Part shown: positions 35,836-49,176 of the stretch, in pieces
Position numbering within the stretch: the first letter of the stretch is position 1
Layout: the number at the start of each line of letters is the position of its first letter
From: Mobula birostris
Lineage: Eukaryota
NCBI RefSeq assembly: GCF_030028105.1
Contig: NC_092372.1
Span: 198,501,898-198,565,897, forward strand
Direction: 5' to 3'
DNA length: 64,000 bases
Translations under genes and position numbers: made by a program
Notes under the pieces: generated by a model
Database searches by the model: none
Told to the model about the DNA's origin: nothing
What the model saw: the letters and a program-made list of their open reading frames with translations, nothing else

Positions 35836-37135
35836 TTCAGAATCAAGTGTGGTTCATTATCACTGAAATAGATTGTGAAATATATTGTGCTGCCCTCACC
35901 CCCATCTCCTCCATTTCCTGAACATCTGTGCTCACTTCATCTTCCTGCCGCCTTAACGATGACAGAGTTCCTCTTGTCCTTACCTACCACTCCACTCCAT
36001 GAGCCTCCACATCCAACACATCATTCTCCGCAACTTCCGCCATCTCCAAAGGAATCGTACCACTAAACATATCTTTATTTCGCCCCTCTGTCTGCAAGGG
36101 ATCATTCCCTCCATGGTTCCCTTATCTATTCATTCCACCCCACTAATCTCCCTCCCAAACAACTTAAATGTGACCAGACATTTTAATTCGGATTCCCATT
36201 CCCATTCTGACATGTCAGTCCATGACCCCCACCCCCCCCCACCCCATGCCAAGATGATGCCGCCCTCAGGGTGGAGGAGCAACACCTTATATTCAGTCTG
36301 GGTAGCCTCCAACCTAATGGCATGAATATTGATTTATCCTTCTGATCAAAAAAGAATTCCCTCCCCCTTCTCTCTTCTATTCCCCATTCTGGCCTCTTAC
36401 CTCTTCTCACCTGCCTACCATCTCCTCCTTCCCTTTCTCCTATGGTCCACTCTCCTCTCTTAACAGATTCCTTCCTCTCCAGCCCTTTATCTTTCCTACC
36501 CACCTGGCTCCCTCCCCCGCCCCATCACCTTCTAGTGATCCTCCTTCCCATCCCCTAACCTTTCTATGCTAGCATCTTCCCCCTTCCTTTCCAATTCTGA
36601 AGAAGGATCACGGCCTAAAACGTCAACTGTTTATTCATTTTCATAGATGCTGCCTGACTTGCTGAGTTCCTACAGCATTTTGTGTGTGTTGCTTTGGATT
36701 TCCAGCATCTGCAGATCTTCTCATGTTTATATTGTGAAATTTGTTGTTTTATTTCTGCAGTACAGGTATAAGGTATAAAATGACTATAAGTTGCAAAAAT
36801 CAGTCAATCCATAAATAAATAAATATTGGGAAAGAGGAATAGGGAGTTAGTTCATAGACTGTACAGAAATCTGAAAGTGGAGGGAAAGAAGTTGTTGCTG
36901 AAATATTGAGCGTGGATCCTCAGACTCCTGAGGTAGGAATGAGAAGAGGGAATGCTCTGTGTGGTGAGTGTCCTTAATGATGGATGCCACTTTTTCGAGT
37001 CACCACCTCTTAAAGATGACCTCAGTGGTGGGGAGGGTTGTGCCCATGATCCAGTTGGTTATGTCTGAAACATACTGCAGCCTCTTTTGATACTGTCTCC
37101 ATACCGGGTGGTGATACAACCAATCAGAATTCTTC
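35836..37135 (-). mobile_element. Rex-Babar 3' fragment split by Penelope
   Basis: Tail TCAGAATCAAG...; after 36740 it continues AGAAATCTGAAAGTGGAGGGAAAGAAGTTGTTGCTGAAA..., as at 42800-42890. Confidence 0.7.
35882..36730 (+). mobile_element. Penelope element 3' part (partial GIY-YIG region, pyrimidine tract, hammerhead, tail) with 10-bp TSD
   Basis: SLHIQHIILRNFRHLQR...VTRHFNSDSHSHSDMSVH...RVEEQHLIFSLGSLQPNGMNID. Hammerhead-like motif at 36593-36630. TSD ATTGTGAAAT (35872-35881 / 36731-36740). Confidence 0.9.
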
Positions 37136-38302
37136 TTCTGTCTGAAAAATAACCTCTCACTGAAGCCCTCTGTTGTCTGCCAAATTGCCTACTTTGTACA
37201 CATGCTGTCAAAGTCCCTTTTATGTCATGTGCTTTAACTTCACTGGTCTATCATAGAATCTACCCCCATTATCTTCTATTATGCCAGGCTCGGCTCCTTT
37301 GAGCATGCTGTCCTGTCACTTTGCCAGTGCTGATTTTCACTTGTTCCATTCAAAAGTCCTCATCCATGTCTTCAATAACTCCATGACTCCACTCTGCTCT
37401 GTCCCAGACACATTCCCTTATAACATTCGGTGTTCTGACTCTTTCTGTTTATTTATTCCCTTCTTTCCCTTACAGCTGTCAGCAGGACCCTCAGCTGTCT
37501 CTGTCATGATGGCTAGACCCTATAATTTTAAAATTGCTCTCTCTTTCTTTCCTTTAAAAGCCTCTTGTGAAAAGCATCGGTTTCTCCATTTTCCTCTTCT
37601 AGTCTTTCCTTCGACATTTCAGCATCAGTGCACCATTGAATAGTGCCTTCGTTTGTACTTAGTATTAAAGTTGCTATGCAATGACAAGTCGTGTGCTCTT
37701 CTTTGGAGGTGAGTTCAATTATTGCTCACTGACTCCATCTACAGGAGCCTAGTCTACATTGCCACTGAATCACATCTGGACTCTTTTCTGCCGGGGAAAA
37801 ATATTGCAGCTGCTTTGAGGGAATACAAATGACTAAAATTAATTAACAGTCGTGCCTGCTCACTGTGAGGTAAGCTCCACTGAAGTCGTGCTCTGACTGG
37901 AGCAGAAAACAATGGAAAGATGTCACCATTCGATTCACTCCGGGTTTTTACCTCAAAAATTAAAATAGCACAGGAAAATTGGAAGGTATGATGGGCTGGA
38001 TTTTTTTCCTTTTGTTCTGAATATTTCAATGCTTTTATTTCACAAAAAGAGCAAATTTGGTAGGGAAAGAAAATTCAATATTTAATTTAATTCAAAATTT
38101 AACAGTAAAAAGACAGGTGTCCTCAAGATCTAATCAGGTTTACTGGAAATGCACCAAATACTACTGTTGCCAACTGAATGGATCGGCTGAAAATTTTCTG
38201 CAAACTAATATTTGTCACAATTTTTCTGATTACTGTCTCGGCTGTGTTTGTTTCATTTTGGAGATCATTCGAGTACAATAACATCTCCAACTTACATTTA
38301 TA

Positions 38303-38745
38303 TTGGAATTGGAATTGATTTATTACAGCCACATGTACCAAGATGCAGTGAAAAAACTGCTTTACAAGCGGTCCTGCAAAGTACATTGAGGTAGTACGAG
38401 GGAAAAGCAATAACTGAATGCAGAATATACCATCGCAGTTACAGGTACAGGGAAAATATTGTGTAGGTAGTGGATAAGGTACAAGGGCCACATTAAGGAC
38501 GATTGTGGGGTAAAGACTTCATCGTTAACATACAAGAGGATTATTCCAGAATCTCTTAACAGTGGGGTGGAAGCAGTCCTTGTGTTTGTTGATGTGTATC
38601 AATTTTGTATCTTCTGCCTGATGGAAGGGGGAGAAGAGGAAGTATCTGTGGTTGGAGGTGTCTTTGATTGCACTGTCTGCGTTTCCTTGGAAGCAGGAAA
38701 AGTGGACAGACACATGGAAGGGAGGCTAGTTTTCATGATGGAGTC
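38303..38745 (-). mobile_element. Rex-Babar 3' fragment
   Basis: SCFQGNADSAIKDTSNHRYFLFSPFHQAED; (AATTCC)n-type tail. Confidence 0.7.
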
Positions 38746-38859
38746 TTTAACAAAAGAATATATCTTAAGGTGCTTCATGAAAATATAACATCAAAGTTTA
38801 TCGTCAAGTAACATGAAATGATGTTAGTAAAGTGACAAGAGACAAAGTTTCAAAATTGG

Positions 38860-39087
38860 AGGGAGAGTGAGAAATTCCTTTAGCCAGAGGATGGTGAATC
38901 TGGGAATTCATTGCCACAGGCAGCTGTAGAGGCCAAGTCATTGGGTGTATTTAGAGCAGAGATTGATACATTTTTGATTTGTAAGGGAGTCAAAAGTTAT
39001 TCGGAAAAAGCAGGAAAATGACTTAGAGAGAGATAATAAATCAGCCATGATAGAATAGGGGAACAAACTTGATGGGCTGAATGGTCT
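38860..39087 (+). mobile_element. CR1 3' fragment
   Basis: AATTCCTTTAGCCAGAGGATGGTGAATCTGGGAATTCATTGCCACAG...TCAGCCATGATAGAAT...GATGGGCTGAATGG. Confidence 0.8.
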
Positions 39088-39857
39088 TATCAAGTTCAAG
39101 TTTATTGTCATTCATCCTGTATACCACCAAAAGAAAATAACATTCTTCCTGACCCAAGTGCACAGCATAGTACATATGACTCACACACAAGGCATAAAGT
39201 AATATTACCACAAATAAATTAACAAATAATAAAATATAATCCAGAAGATTGACATTTGTCGTAAGGTGCATTTACAACACAAGTTGAAAAATAGACAGTA
39301 TAACATTACTGGCACTTCATGCATGACGAAAGCTGGGTGGGTGGCACGAAGTTCAGTAGTCTCAGGGCCTGGGGGAAGAAGCTGTTTCCCATCTTAACTG
39401 ACCTTGTCCTAATGTTACAAAAGCTCCTACCTGATGGTAGGGGTTCAAAGAGAGTGTGGGATGGATGGGAGGAATACTTGACAATGTTAGGGGGCTGTAT
39501 ACACAGTGCTCCTGATAAATATCTTGGATGGGTGGAAGAGACACCTTTACAATCCTCTCAGTAGTCCTAACATTCCCTTGTAAGGTCTTGCGGTCAGATG
39601 ACTGGCAATCGGTCAAGACACTCTCAACGGTTCTCCTGTAGAAATTGGTTAGAATGGAGTTAGGATCTCCTCAAGAATTAGAGATGCTGCTGTAATTTCT
39701 TGATTAAAGAGGTGGTGTTGTGGGACCAGGTGAGATCTCAGTAACCTAAGTGCACTCCTAGTAACCCTGTGCTCCTCAGTCTCTCCATGGATGAGTTATT
39801 TATGTGCAGTAAGGAGTGGGCAGTCTGCGCCCTCCTAAAGTCCAGAATCATCTCTTA
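39088..39857 (-). mobile_element. Rex-Babar 3' fragment
   Basis: DCQSSDRKTLQGNVRTTERIVKVSLPPIQDIYQEHC; (AACTTG)n tail. Confidence 0.85.
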
Positions 39858-41224
39858 TGGAAATGCTTAGGGGGATTTTAGCAGAACTGAAGGCACATGT
39901 AACTTGTAGTGGTAGAGTGAAGGAAATAGTAGAGTTAGAGAAATACAGGGAATTCTTTCAGTTTAACAGAGAATGACAAAGCTATGAAAGTACATTGTTA
40001 TTAGTATCAAAGAAGCTGTTTTGAAGGGTTTCTATCTTCAGTTATAAGACACCGACCACAATCCTATTCTGCCCTTGCCCTCAGGCCACTCGTTGTCACT
40101 TCAACCCTGACAATGGTGACCTCTCAGCAGATATTGAAACCATCCTTGCCTTTGAAGAGTAGAGAAAGTAACACATTCCAAAGTAAAGTTAATTTATTTA
40201 GATTTTCCTAAGTCATGTTAAACCATGGCAGAGTTACAGGATAGAATTGTCTATGATGTTCATAGGTAGCTTGTCGAACGAGACAACTATTAGCCTGCAA
40301 GAGAAAATTCTTTGTGACAATCATTCTTTGAAACTTATAGCCATCCATCAACAGCAGGATAAACATGATATACCCATATTAGCAGTTTGTTAGATTTTTG
40401 GATATAGTTTCAACAGCTTCCTTGGCTCTCGACTTAAAGACTTTAGAACCACATTCCACCCTGGGAAGTCTGCACTCTTTTTTCTCTGTCCAAGGTACAT
40501 GACCCCAATGTTTTAAAGGCAATTTATCTAAATTTCTTTGATGGTTATTGCATGCTAGCTGTTTGTGTTGAGCCGTCAGCTACTGTAAACTATTCACTGT
40601 GACAGTTTGCAGATAACCATACGTTGTGCTGATCTAAAGACAGGAATCTGCAACAATTCTGTACATAAATAATGCAGGGCATACGATGCAAAAGTGTTAG
40701 TTTTCCCTAATGAGCTGTTGTAGATAATTTCCCTGTATGCTTCACCATAGAGATATTTGCTTATTACTGTAAGGATACAGATGTTTGCTTTTCAGAGAAG
40801 GTATCAGATTAAAGATAGTTTTTGTTCCTAAATGAACTTTGACTTATACAGCAACAAACTCTAGTTTGGGCCTGTCTTCTTCCCTAGCTGGGTGGCATGG
40901 ACAACTTAACAGAGTAGTATCAACTTGCAGGGATTTTGCCTGATTTTGAGCTGTTGCAGCCAAGTCTCTTTCCACCAGTGATCTCACAGCATATGTAGCA
41001 CAGTTTCGCTGGTGGAAGGAATACAGCAGCTCACAAAATACCACCCACCTGCCCCATTGGTTTTCTCCTGCCCGATCAGTGCCGGAATCTATTGGTCTTA
41101 CGATGCCCTCACCAAGTCACCTCAGAACCATAGAACAAGGAAGTCCTCCTGAAATCTCTGAATTTGTCCATCTAGGAGGAATGTGGAGGTCAGATCAGTA
41201 GGGATACTTAAAGAAAAAGATAAA

Positions 41225-41545
41225 GTTAAACCTTTAATTGTCACATGTACATAGAAACATCGAAAGATACAGTTAAAAAAATGTTGTTTGTATCAATGAC
41301 CGATACAGTCCGAGGTTGTACTGGGACTGCACACAAGTCTTGCCATGCTTCTGGCACCATCATAGAATGCCCACGACTTACTGCATCCTACATCTTTGGA
41401 ATGTGGGAGGAAACTGGAGCACCTGGAGGAAACACACACTGCCTCGGGGAGAAGGTACAAACCCCTTATAGACAGCAGTGGGAATGGAATCACAATTGCC
41501 GGAGTTATAAAGTGTTACGCTAACAGTTACTCCACCATGCCAACA
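41225..41545 (-). mobile_element. V-SINE, near full length
   Basis: Reversed V-domain TTGGAATGTGGGAGGAAACTGGAGCACCTGGAGGAAACACAC...GGGGAGAAGGTACAAAC plus a tRNA-like head. Confidence 0.8.
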
Positions 41546-41830
41546 CTACAGTAAGAGGCTGTAGAGAAGTTTTGAAAGATTAGGGAATTGAGCTTCAAAA
41601 GAAGAGTTGAACGCTGGGGCACACCAGTCCTGATCATATTGAATGGCAGGAGAAGTTTGAGGGACAGAGTGGCCAACTCCTATCTCCTTGTGTCCCAAAG
41701 GATTGAAGAGAAAGAGATGAGGAGACAATTTTTGATGAAGTATGGTTGAGGGTTAGGGAATGGTTGAGGAAAGGTCAATTTTACTAACAAGAAATTTGGA
41801 TAGATACTTGAAGAGACTCAGGACTCGATT

Positions 41831-41958
41831 AAGGGTCTCAGCACAAAATGCCAACTGTTTATTCCCCTCCGTGGATGCTGCCTGCCCTGGCAAGCTCCTC
41901 CAGCATTTCATGTGTGGTGCTCGTGATTTCCAACATCTGCAGAATCTCTGGTGTTTTT
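41831..41958 (+). mobile_element. Penelope terminal unit (partial hammerhead plus tail)
   Basis: AAGGGTCTCAGCACAAAATGCCAACTGT...GATGCTGCCTGCCC...CCAGCATTT...CAACATCTGCAGAATC. Confidence 0.75.
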
Positions 41959-42644
41959 GCTGTTAGGAGAGAGCAGGACAGTGAGATATGTTTTAGATTG
42001 TTCTTGCAGAAACGAGCACAGGCATGAAGAATAAAATTCAGCTCAGTTATTTCCCATAGTTTTATATTGACTCACATTGGGTGTGATTCTTCAGACACTG
42101 GCTACATCTTGCAAGCTTTTCTTCTGTCTATGACGGTAAATGCTAACAAACTATTGTCAACCAGTAGGAGGAGGTGAGGGGACCTGTCAGCACCTGACGT
42201 TTAGCAATGTTTACTCAAAGGGGACTTGTAAAATAAAAGTGATAGATTATTCCTTCCCTCCTTAGCCTAAGGGTGCTGAGACAAACCTTAGAAAACTGAG
42301 ATTGTTGATGTTTTCTTGACAACAGTTAAAACAAGCAATTAAAAATCCTAGCCCACATTACTGAGTTCCAAATCATTGCATTTGCAAACCCACCTCAATA
42401 TTAACAAAAGTGATAAAAAGAAGTAAAGCAGAACCAGTTAAGAAGTGAGGTGACTCCAGGAGTAAAGGGATAAGGATTGAAAGACTGTGAATATTCTTTC
42501 AAGAACAGTTATGGCTATAGAGAGACCCTGTTTTTAATTTAGTAAGTTTCTGTGGAAAGCAGTGTAAGGTTGTTTCCACTGTGGTGTGGAGGGGGGGAGG
42601 TGGGAAGCAAAATTAAAGGAAAGGCATTCACAAAGATCACTCGA

Positions 42645-43055
42645 ATTAGAATCAGGAATCAGTATCAAATTTGTGGTTTTGTGGTGGCAGGACAGTGCAA
42701 TACATAAAGAAAGACTATAAACTGCATTAAAATTTAAACTAAATAAGTTGCACAAAAACAGAGCAAAAATAGTGAGGTAGTGTTTATGGGTTGGTTCATT
42801 GTCCATCAGAAATCTGATGGTGGAGGGGAAGAAGCTGTTCCTAAAACACTGAGTCTGTGCCTTCAGGCTCCTGTACCTCCTCTCTGATGGAATTGATAGG
42901 AAGAGAAGAGTGGGCCCAGGTCCTTGCTTACGCAGGAGTTGATTCTGGCCATGACAACCTCTCAAAGCACTTCATCACAGTAGGTGTAAGTGCAACTGGG
43001 TGAGAGTCGTTGGGGCAGCTCACTCAGCTTTTCTTGGGCACTGGTATGATTGAAA
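42645..43055 (-). mobile_element. Rex-Babar fragment (3' end joined to an internal RT piece)
   Basis: IPSERRYRSLKAQTQCFRNSFFPSTIR at the 3' end; upstream piece CTCTCAAAGCACTTCATCACAGTAGGTGTAAGTGC...TTCTTGGGCACTGGTATGAT. Confidence 0.75.
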
Positions 43056-45239
43056 CCTCAAGTGGCTTTGGTGTCAAGCCTGTCATTTAATTTGAGGGAA
43101 TTAATTGAGAATGTAGAGTTGAAATGATTGAGTCCTTCCTTAAACTTGGTGACCATGCTGCCCTGAGCAACTGATACTGAATTTCTTAACATAATCGATA
43201 TACAACTATTTGATTTTCTGGGAAAATAACAATCCTATTGCTGGAAGAGTTTGTTTCAACTGCTGTTAAAGACAATTGATTTTTGAGTAAATTGACTACT
43301 TGCTGTGTGATATTTAGAGACATTCACCCAGCCTTCATTCAAGTAAAGTGCCTGATTCACTATTGGCCGTAGCGTTCTGAAAGAAAACCATATCAAAACT
43401 GATTGGAAACATTGGATTTACCAGATCAGACATGGAACTGGTATAGTAAGACTGTGCTGAATGGTCTTTATTGTTACTAAAGCATCTGATTGAAACCACT
43501 TCCAATGTATTGTTCTCCACCTTAAAAGTGGGATGGACAGAATATTTCTAGACTTAAAACATCAAATGTGTTTGCATTTACTACCTATTATGTGTTTCCA
43601 ACATTTTCAATTTTGTTTCAGATTTTCAAAACCCACAGATTTTGATTATTCTTCCTCCCTATCTTTTCAAGCTGAGCACTTTTCATGTTGCAGCTCATTT
43701 GCAGTGAAGTTGACACTTGAACCAATAAATTTAATTGACCCCACATACATTAATTACACAAGCAGAAAGGACACCAGTCCCATGGATGCATCAATTTCAG
43801 ATCTAATCCCGATCCGAGAAAATAGTTGCTTGAGAAGCAAGCTTCTTTACTGAGCTGTCCTGCAAAGGGTTACGGAGGGCTTATTTTCCATGAAATGGAG
43901 GGACAGCCGAAATAGAGGAGTGTCATTTTTTTTTGCAATAATATAAATGAGGGTCTGTAGCAAAACCAGTCTCTGTGGGTCTTTATATGTGGGTCAGAAA
44001 GCAGTAAAAAGGATTAGAAATAGTTGTCATGTGGATGTCTTTTTTGAAGAGAGATACTGACATAGGCAAAGGTTCAGCAAAAAGGCATAAATGATTAAGT
44101 GTAAAATAACATTCTATAATGATTAAAATTAATGAGCTGCGCAGATTCAATCTACGTTTTTGTTGCCATTAAAGTTGTTGTCGACCTTGTTTAGATTGGA
44201 ACAGGAGAACACTGTCCCCTTCGTTTAACGATCTGCAAACAAAAGATCAGCAGGCTGGGAGGAGACAGATTAAGCCCAGCAGGTTGTCTTTAACCATTAA
44301 ATAATCAAACAAGGAACAGCATGTCTCTGCCAATGGTGAAGTTGACACATGCTGCGAAGGTCTTTGGCTAGACAATCTAAGACCCTGTAAGCTGTGAATG
44401 CGACACAAACCAACACCGCTACTGGACCGCCAGGAGCATTCATTCCCTCGTGAAACGCTGTCCAGTTCAGGATGGCGAGTGAAGGGGGAAGGGAGGGTGC
44501 AGCAACTGTCAAGGAAATGGCTGAGTGACTGGGCGTCGAGCCAAAACGCTGTCTCACAAGTCTATCAAGCTGAAAAAGGAGCCTAGTGCCTGGGAAAGAG
44601 TACAGGCTTGTGGTACAAACTGGCCTTGGAAAGCAGACTTCCACTACAGAGGAGGTTCCTAAAATTATTGTTTCGCATTTCATAAAAATTACACCATTTG
44701 GGTACTGCATCAATGGAAGGGGGGAGTTAGCATTAATGAATTTATTATTGAGCAGCACAGATCAATAGAACTCTCTAGAACTCTGCAGATCATTTGCAGC
44801 ACCCATTAATTATCAGTTGTTTCTGAGTACTGGTGGAAGTGCAATCCTTTTAAATCGTTTTCCTGAAAGACACAGATTTTTCTATTACCTTTATTTTTAA
44901 AAAATATAATATTCAATTGTGGAAGGTTTTTCATATTGAGAAACTCTGCACTGTGTCATTTCACACACAAGCGCTGTCAGGCCCATGAGTTCAGCTTTTC
45001 AGACAGGCCTGATCAACCTCAATCGTTTTGAAATGTACATATTAGGGCTTCCATGCAGTAACTAGCAGGGATTGCTACTTTGAGGTCACTGAATATACGC
45101 TTATACTTTTAACCACAGTTAAAAGCTTTAGCTTTATGCTTTAGTTTTTAACTACAGTTGGAATCTCTGGTTTCAGAGGCAGTTTGAACTCTGATGCTAC
45201 TTTTATATCAGGAGTGCAAAGGAATAACGCTTAAAATGC

Positions 45240-46130
45240 AAAGTAAATTTGTTATCGAAATACCTACTGTATATGCCACCATATACTACTCTGAGATTCA
45301 TTTTCTTGCGGGTATTCAAAGGTTCATTTTATTATTGAAGTACTTATGCAGAATACAACTCTGAGATTTGCCTTCTCCAGATAGCCATGAAAAGCAGAAA
45401 TGCCATAGAAGTAGTTGAAAGAAAAGATATCACTGCAACTCCCCCCTCCAAAAAACAAAAAAACAAAAAGAAACAAAATCTCGCAAACTCCAAAGCCCCC
45501 CAACCCCTCCCTTGCACAAAAATTAACAGATTGCCCACCTGGAAAACGACAGCTAGAACATCAATCTCCAACCCCTTCCCTCACACAAAAATCTAATATA
45601 TTATCCACATGGAGTAGAAAAAAGAAATACAATAGAATCCCTGAAAAAATGCCCACAAAGACTGACAAACAACCAATATGCAAAAGAAGACAAACCGTGT
45701 GAACACAAAAATAATAATAAATAAAGCTGAGAACATGAGTTGAAGAGTCCTTGAAAGTGAGTTCATGGGTGGTGGAATCAGTTCCGTATTATGGTGAGTG
45801 AAGTTATCCATGCTGGTTCAGGAGATGATGGTTGAAGGGTAATAGCTGTTCCTGAACCTGGTGGTGTGGAACCTATGGCTCTTGTATCTCCTTCCTGATA
45901 GCAGTAGCAGGAAGACAGCATGGCCTGGATGGTGAGGTCCTTGATGATGGATGTTGCTTTCTTGTGGCAACACTCCTTGTTGATGTGCTCTATGGTGGAG
46001 AGGTCTTTTCCTGTGATGGAGTGTGGTGCATTCACCACCTTTTGTAGGCTTTTCCTTTCTTGGGTATTGATGTTTCCATACCAAGCCATGATGCAGTCAG
46101 TCAAGATACTCTCTCATGTGCATCTATAGA
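45240..46130 (-). mobile_element. Rex-Babar 3' fragment with long 3'UTR
   Basis: DCIMAWYGNINTQERKSLQKVVNA...SIIKD...LLLSGRRYKSHRFHTTRFRNSYYPS. Confidence 0.85.
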
Positions 46131-46409
46131 AACATATGATTGGGAGTTTCTACAGGTAGTATCTTACATACCCCCATTCTCTTTCAAACCAACGGTGGTC
46201 ACACAGTCATTGAGTTATACAGCAAAGCAACACTGATGGTTACAGATGGCTTCTGCTACCATCCAGACCATGTGCCTGGTAACTTCCTCATCCTCATCAG
46301 GTGACACCCTGCTAATGTGGTCATTGGCTCTTGTCTTATACCTTCCCCGAGGAGCTAATGAGTGATTAGCCGCTCGGCATGTGACCTCTACCGTGAGTCT
46401 CCCCCACAC

Positions 46410-46645
46410 ACGTGGTAGTGTAGCAGTGAGCATAGCATTATTACAGCAGCAGAGACCAGGGTTCAAATGCACCGCTGCCTGTAAGGAGCTTGTAAGTTCC
46501 CCTCGTGACCGTGGGGGTTTCTCCTGTGTGCTCTGGTTTCCTCCCATGTTCCAAAGGTGTACAGCTTGCATGGGTATAATTGGGAAGCGTGGGCTCATTG
46601 GGTCAGAAGGGCCTGTTACTGCTTTCTATCTCGAAATGAATAAAA
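46410..46645 (+). mobile_element. V-SINE
   Basis: B-box-like GGTTCAAATGC; V-domain TGTAAGGAGCTTGTAAGTTCCCTCGTGACCGTGGGGGTTTCTCCTGTGTGCTCTGGTTTCCTCCCA; LINE-type tail. Confidence 0.8.
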
Positions 46646-48093
46646 CTGGAAAAAGTCAGCATAGTAGCCATGTAGAGTGATTGAAAATCATTATTTTCTG
46701 TGTGTATTTAATTAAAATTGGTGTATTTTCTTACCTTATTCAAAACGATTTTAAGGATGTCCCAGGTTAAGACAGAAATGACCCTGACCCTCATTTGAAT
46801 TTGGACTGGAGTGTGTGAGGGAGCTGAAGGAATATGCATGAGAGGTAGATGCAGGCAAATTTAAAGCAGGAAGTGCTGGGGTGGTGATGGGAATAAGAGG
46901 GTGGATAGGACATGACTGGGAAGACACTGAGGGCAAAAATAAATGATGAGGGAAGGAGTGAAAAGTGACACATTTTGCTCATGACCCAAGGTGCTGCCAT
47001 GTGCATTTCTACGACATACAAACGACGTCATCAACCATTAGTAACCATAAGGAAAGAAGAGAAAAGGGAAACCAGCAATTCTGTGATGGGAATAAGAGGG
47101 AAGTGCAACTGCACAAAATAGTGAAAAGTAGCAGCCGTGGGATAACACATAGTTGTTTTTTTTTCACTGTCTGTACCTGACCCAGATCCTTGCAATTTAC
47201 AGATGAAAACTGCTGGACCTGACCTGCAAAATACTGTGGTGTCCAAAAGGAGTTTTCCGGATGATCCTAATTCACTAAAACAAGAAAATGTTTTTAACAG
47301 CCAGCACCGAAAGCTTATACAGTGCTAATATCCTCCACATTGAGAAGATCTCTTTCAGTGAGACAAAGGTTGTTTACTGTTCTGTATCTTCTTCATAGTT
47401 GCTTCTGTGTGAGTTACTGTTTGTGCGAGTGAGTATTCATGAGAAGGCAATGTTCTCTTTTAAAGCGGAATATTGCAGCATTTTTTCCAGCATGAAAGAA
47501 GCACTCCGTTATTTTACCTCAATGCTCCTGTATGGATGGTATGCTAGACAGGTTTTTTCATTATATTTTAATAAACCAATTTAATAAAACAACAGATAAA
47601 CTGCTGGAAGAATTCAATGGCTCAAGCAGCTTCTGTGGAGGCAAAAAAAAATATGTGAGCAAATTATTCATGCAAATATTTCATTTCTTCTTTTCTCAGA
47701 GTCTTGTGGTTGCCTGGAGCTGATAAATATCACGGCTGAAGAAAGTGGCCAAGGAATTTGACAAATCTACAATCATGTCAGCGTGTGACCTCTTTTGGTT
47801 TTGAAACCAAACCAGCCTCAGCTAATTTCCACTTTGAAAGATGTTGAACAAAACTGGTTTGGATAGGATTGATATAAGATTGAGTGTTTTATGGTTGGCG
47901 AAAACTTGGTTGGCTGACGGGCCTGTTTTCATTCTATATCTTTGTATGTGTAAAGTGCAAAAGGATATTGTATTCATGTTACAGGGTTAGAAAGGTTTTT
48001 CTTGGGAACATCTTGTGTTCACACTGAAGTGAAGATGGTTATGAAAGTGGGCCCCAGCAGTGATCCAACAATCAGTAATCCAACACATTGATA

Positions 48094-48227
48094 TGATGAA
48101 GGGTCTCAGCCCAAAACATCATCTGTTTATTTTCCTCCATTGATGCTGCCTGACCTGCTGAGATCCTCCAGCGTTTTGTGTGTGTCTCTCTGGATGCCCA
48201 GCATCTGCAGAATCAATTATTATGTTT
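48094..48227 (+). mobile_element. Penelope hammerhead-plus-tail unit
   Basis: TGATGA AGGGTCTCAGCCC AAAAC ATC...tail. Candidate TSD ACATTGATATGA (48085-48096) / ACATTCATGTGA (48228-48239). Confidence 0.8.
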
Positions 48228-48979
48228 ACATTCATGTGACTCCTAGATGCCATCACTACGGTCACTGTATTACAAATCTGCTGTCCTCTTTCCGGATGTT
48301 TGTAGTGCTGATATGTCACTGCCATTTCACCTGTTCTCTTGCTGTCACCTTGCAAGTTCAAACTTGAGCCCAGAACTATTCAAGACTGCTCTCCCAGCAC
48401 ATCTGCAGCCTTCTCCATTATAAGCAGAAGTGGGCCATGCCAAGTACTTCCTCCCATCGTTTGTGTTCTCCCCCCTCACTTTCTCCTCCATAGGTGTTTA
48501 CCACATGACACGAGTCAAGGGATAAGCCTCTCATTGGCAAGATTTTATAGCATAAACTCATCATGATGAACCTTGACACTTGCTCCTCTGTTGAAATCCC
48601 CGCATTGGTATTACAGCCTGAGCACACAGGGTCTGCGGTGGGCTGGCATTTATTGTATGCATGATATTTACACGTGTGCAGAGGTGACAAACCAAAGTCT
48701 AGGGTCATATCATCAAGTTGCCAAGTAACACCCTAGATTTTATCATGTAGGTTCCAGTAGGGAAGGCACAATAGCTGCAGGATATTGGGCATCATGAATT
48801 CTTCCAATGCAGTACTTACTAGAGTCATAGAGTTATACAGCACAGACACTGATCTGTAGGACCTGTGTGTATGATGACTATCAAATACCTGACTATTAGC
48901 AACAGCATCATTATGTGCCATGTCATATGACGCAGACCATCATGGTCTCATGACCGTAGCCGTTCTTAGATACATCGAA

Positions 48980-49160
48980 TAGAGCATAGAAAACCTGCAG
49001 CACAATACAGGCCCTTCGGCCCACAAAGCTGTGCCGAACATGTCCTTACCTTAGAACCACCTAGGGTTACCCATATCCCTCTATTATTCTAAGCTTCACA
49101 TACCTATCCAGGACCTCTTTAAAGACCCTATCATTTCCACCTCCTTCTGACACCGGCCTA
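48980..49160 (-). mobile_element. CR1 3' end
   Basis: Nearly colinear with the first ~190 bp of the CR1 at 49662-50190. Confidence 0.8.
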
Positions 49161-49176
49161 CAAACTTTATTAATGC

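Noticed and set aside
44766-44785. Heat-shock element AGAACTCTCTAGAAC
   Set aside because: It has one mismatch in the TTC unit and is equally explained as a 10-bp tandem duplication, so it is too weak alone.
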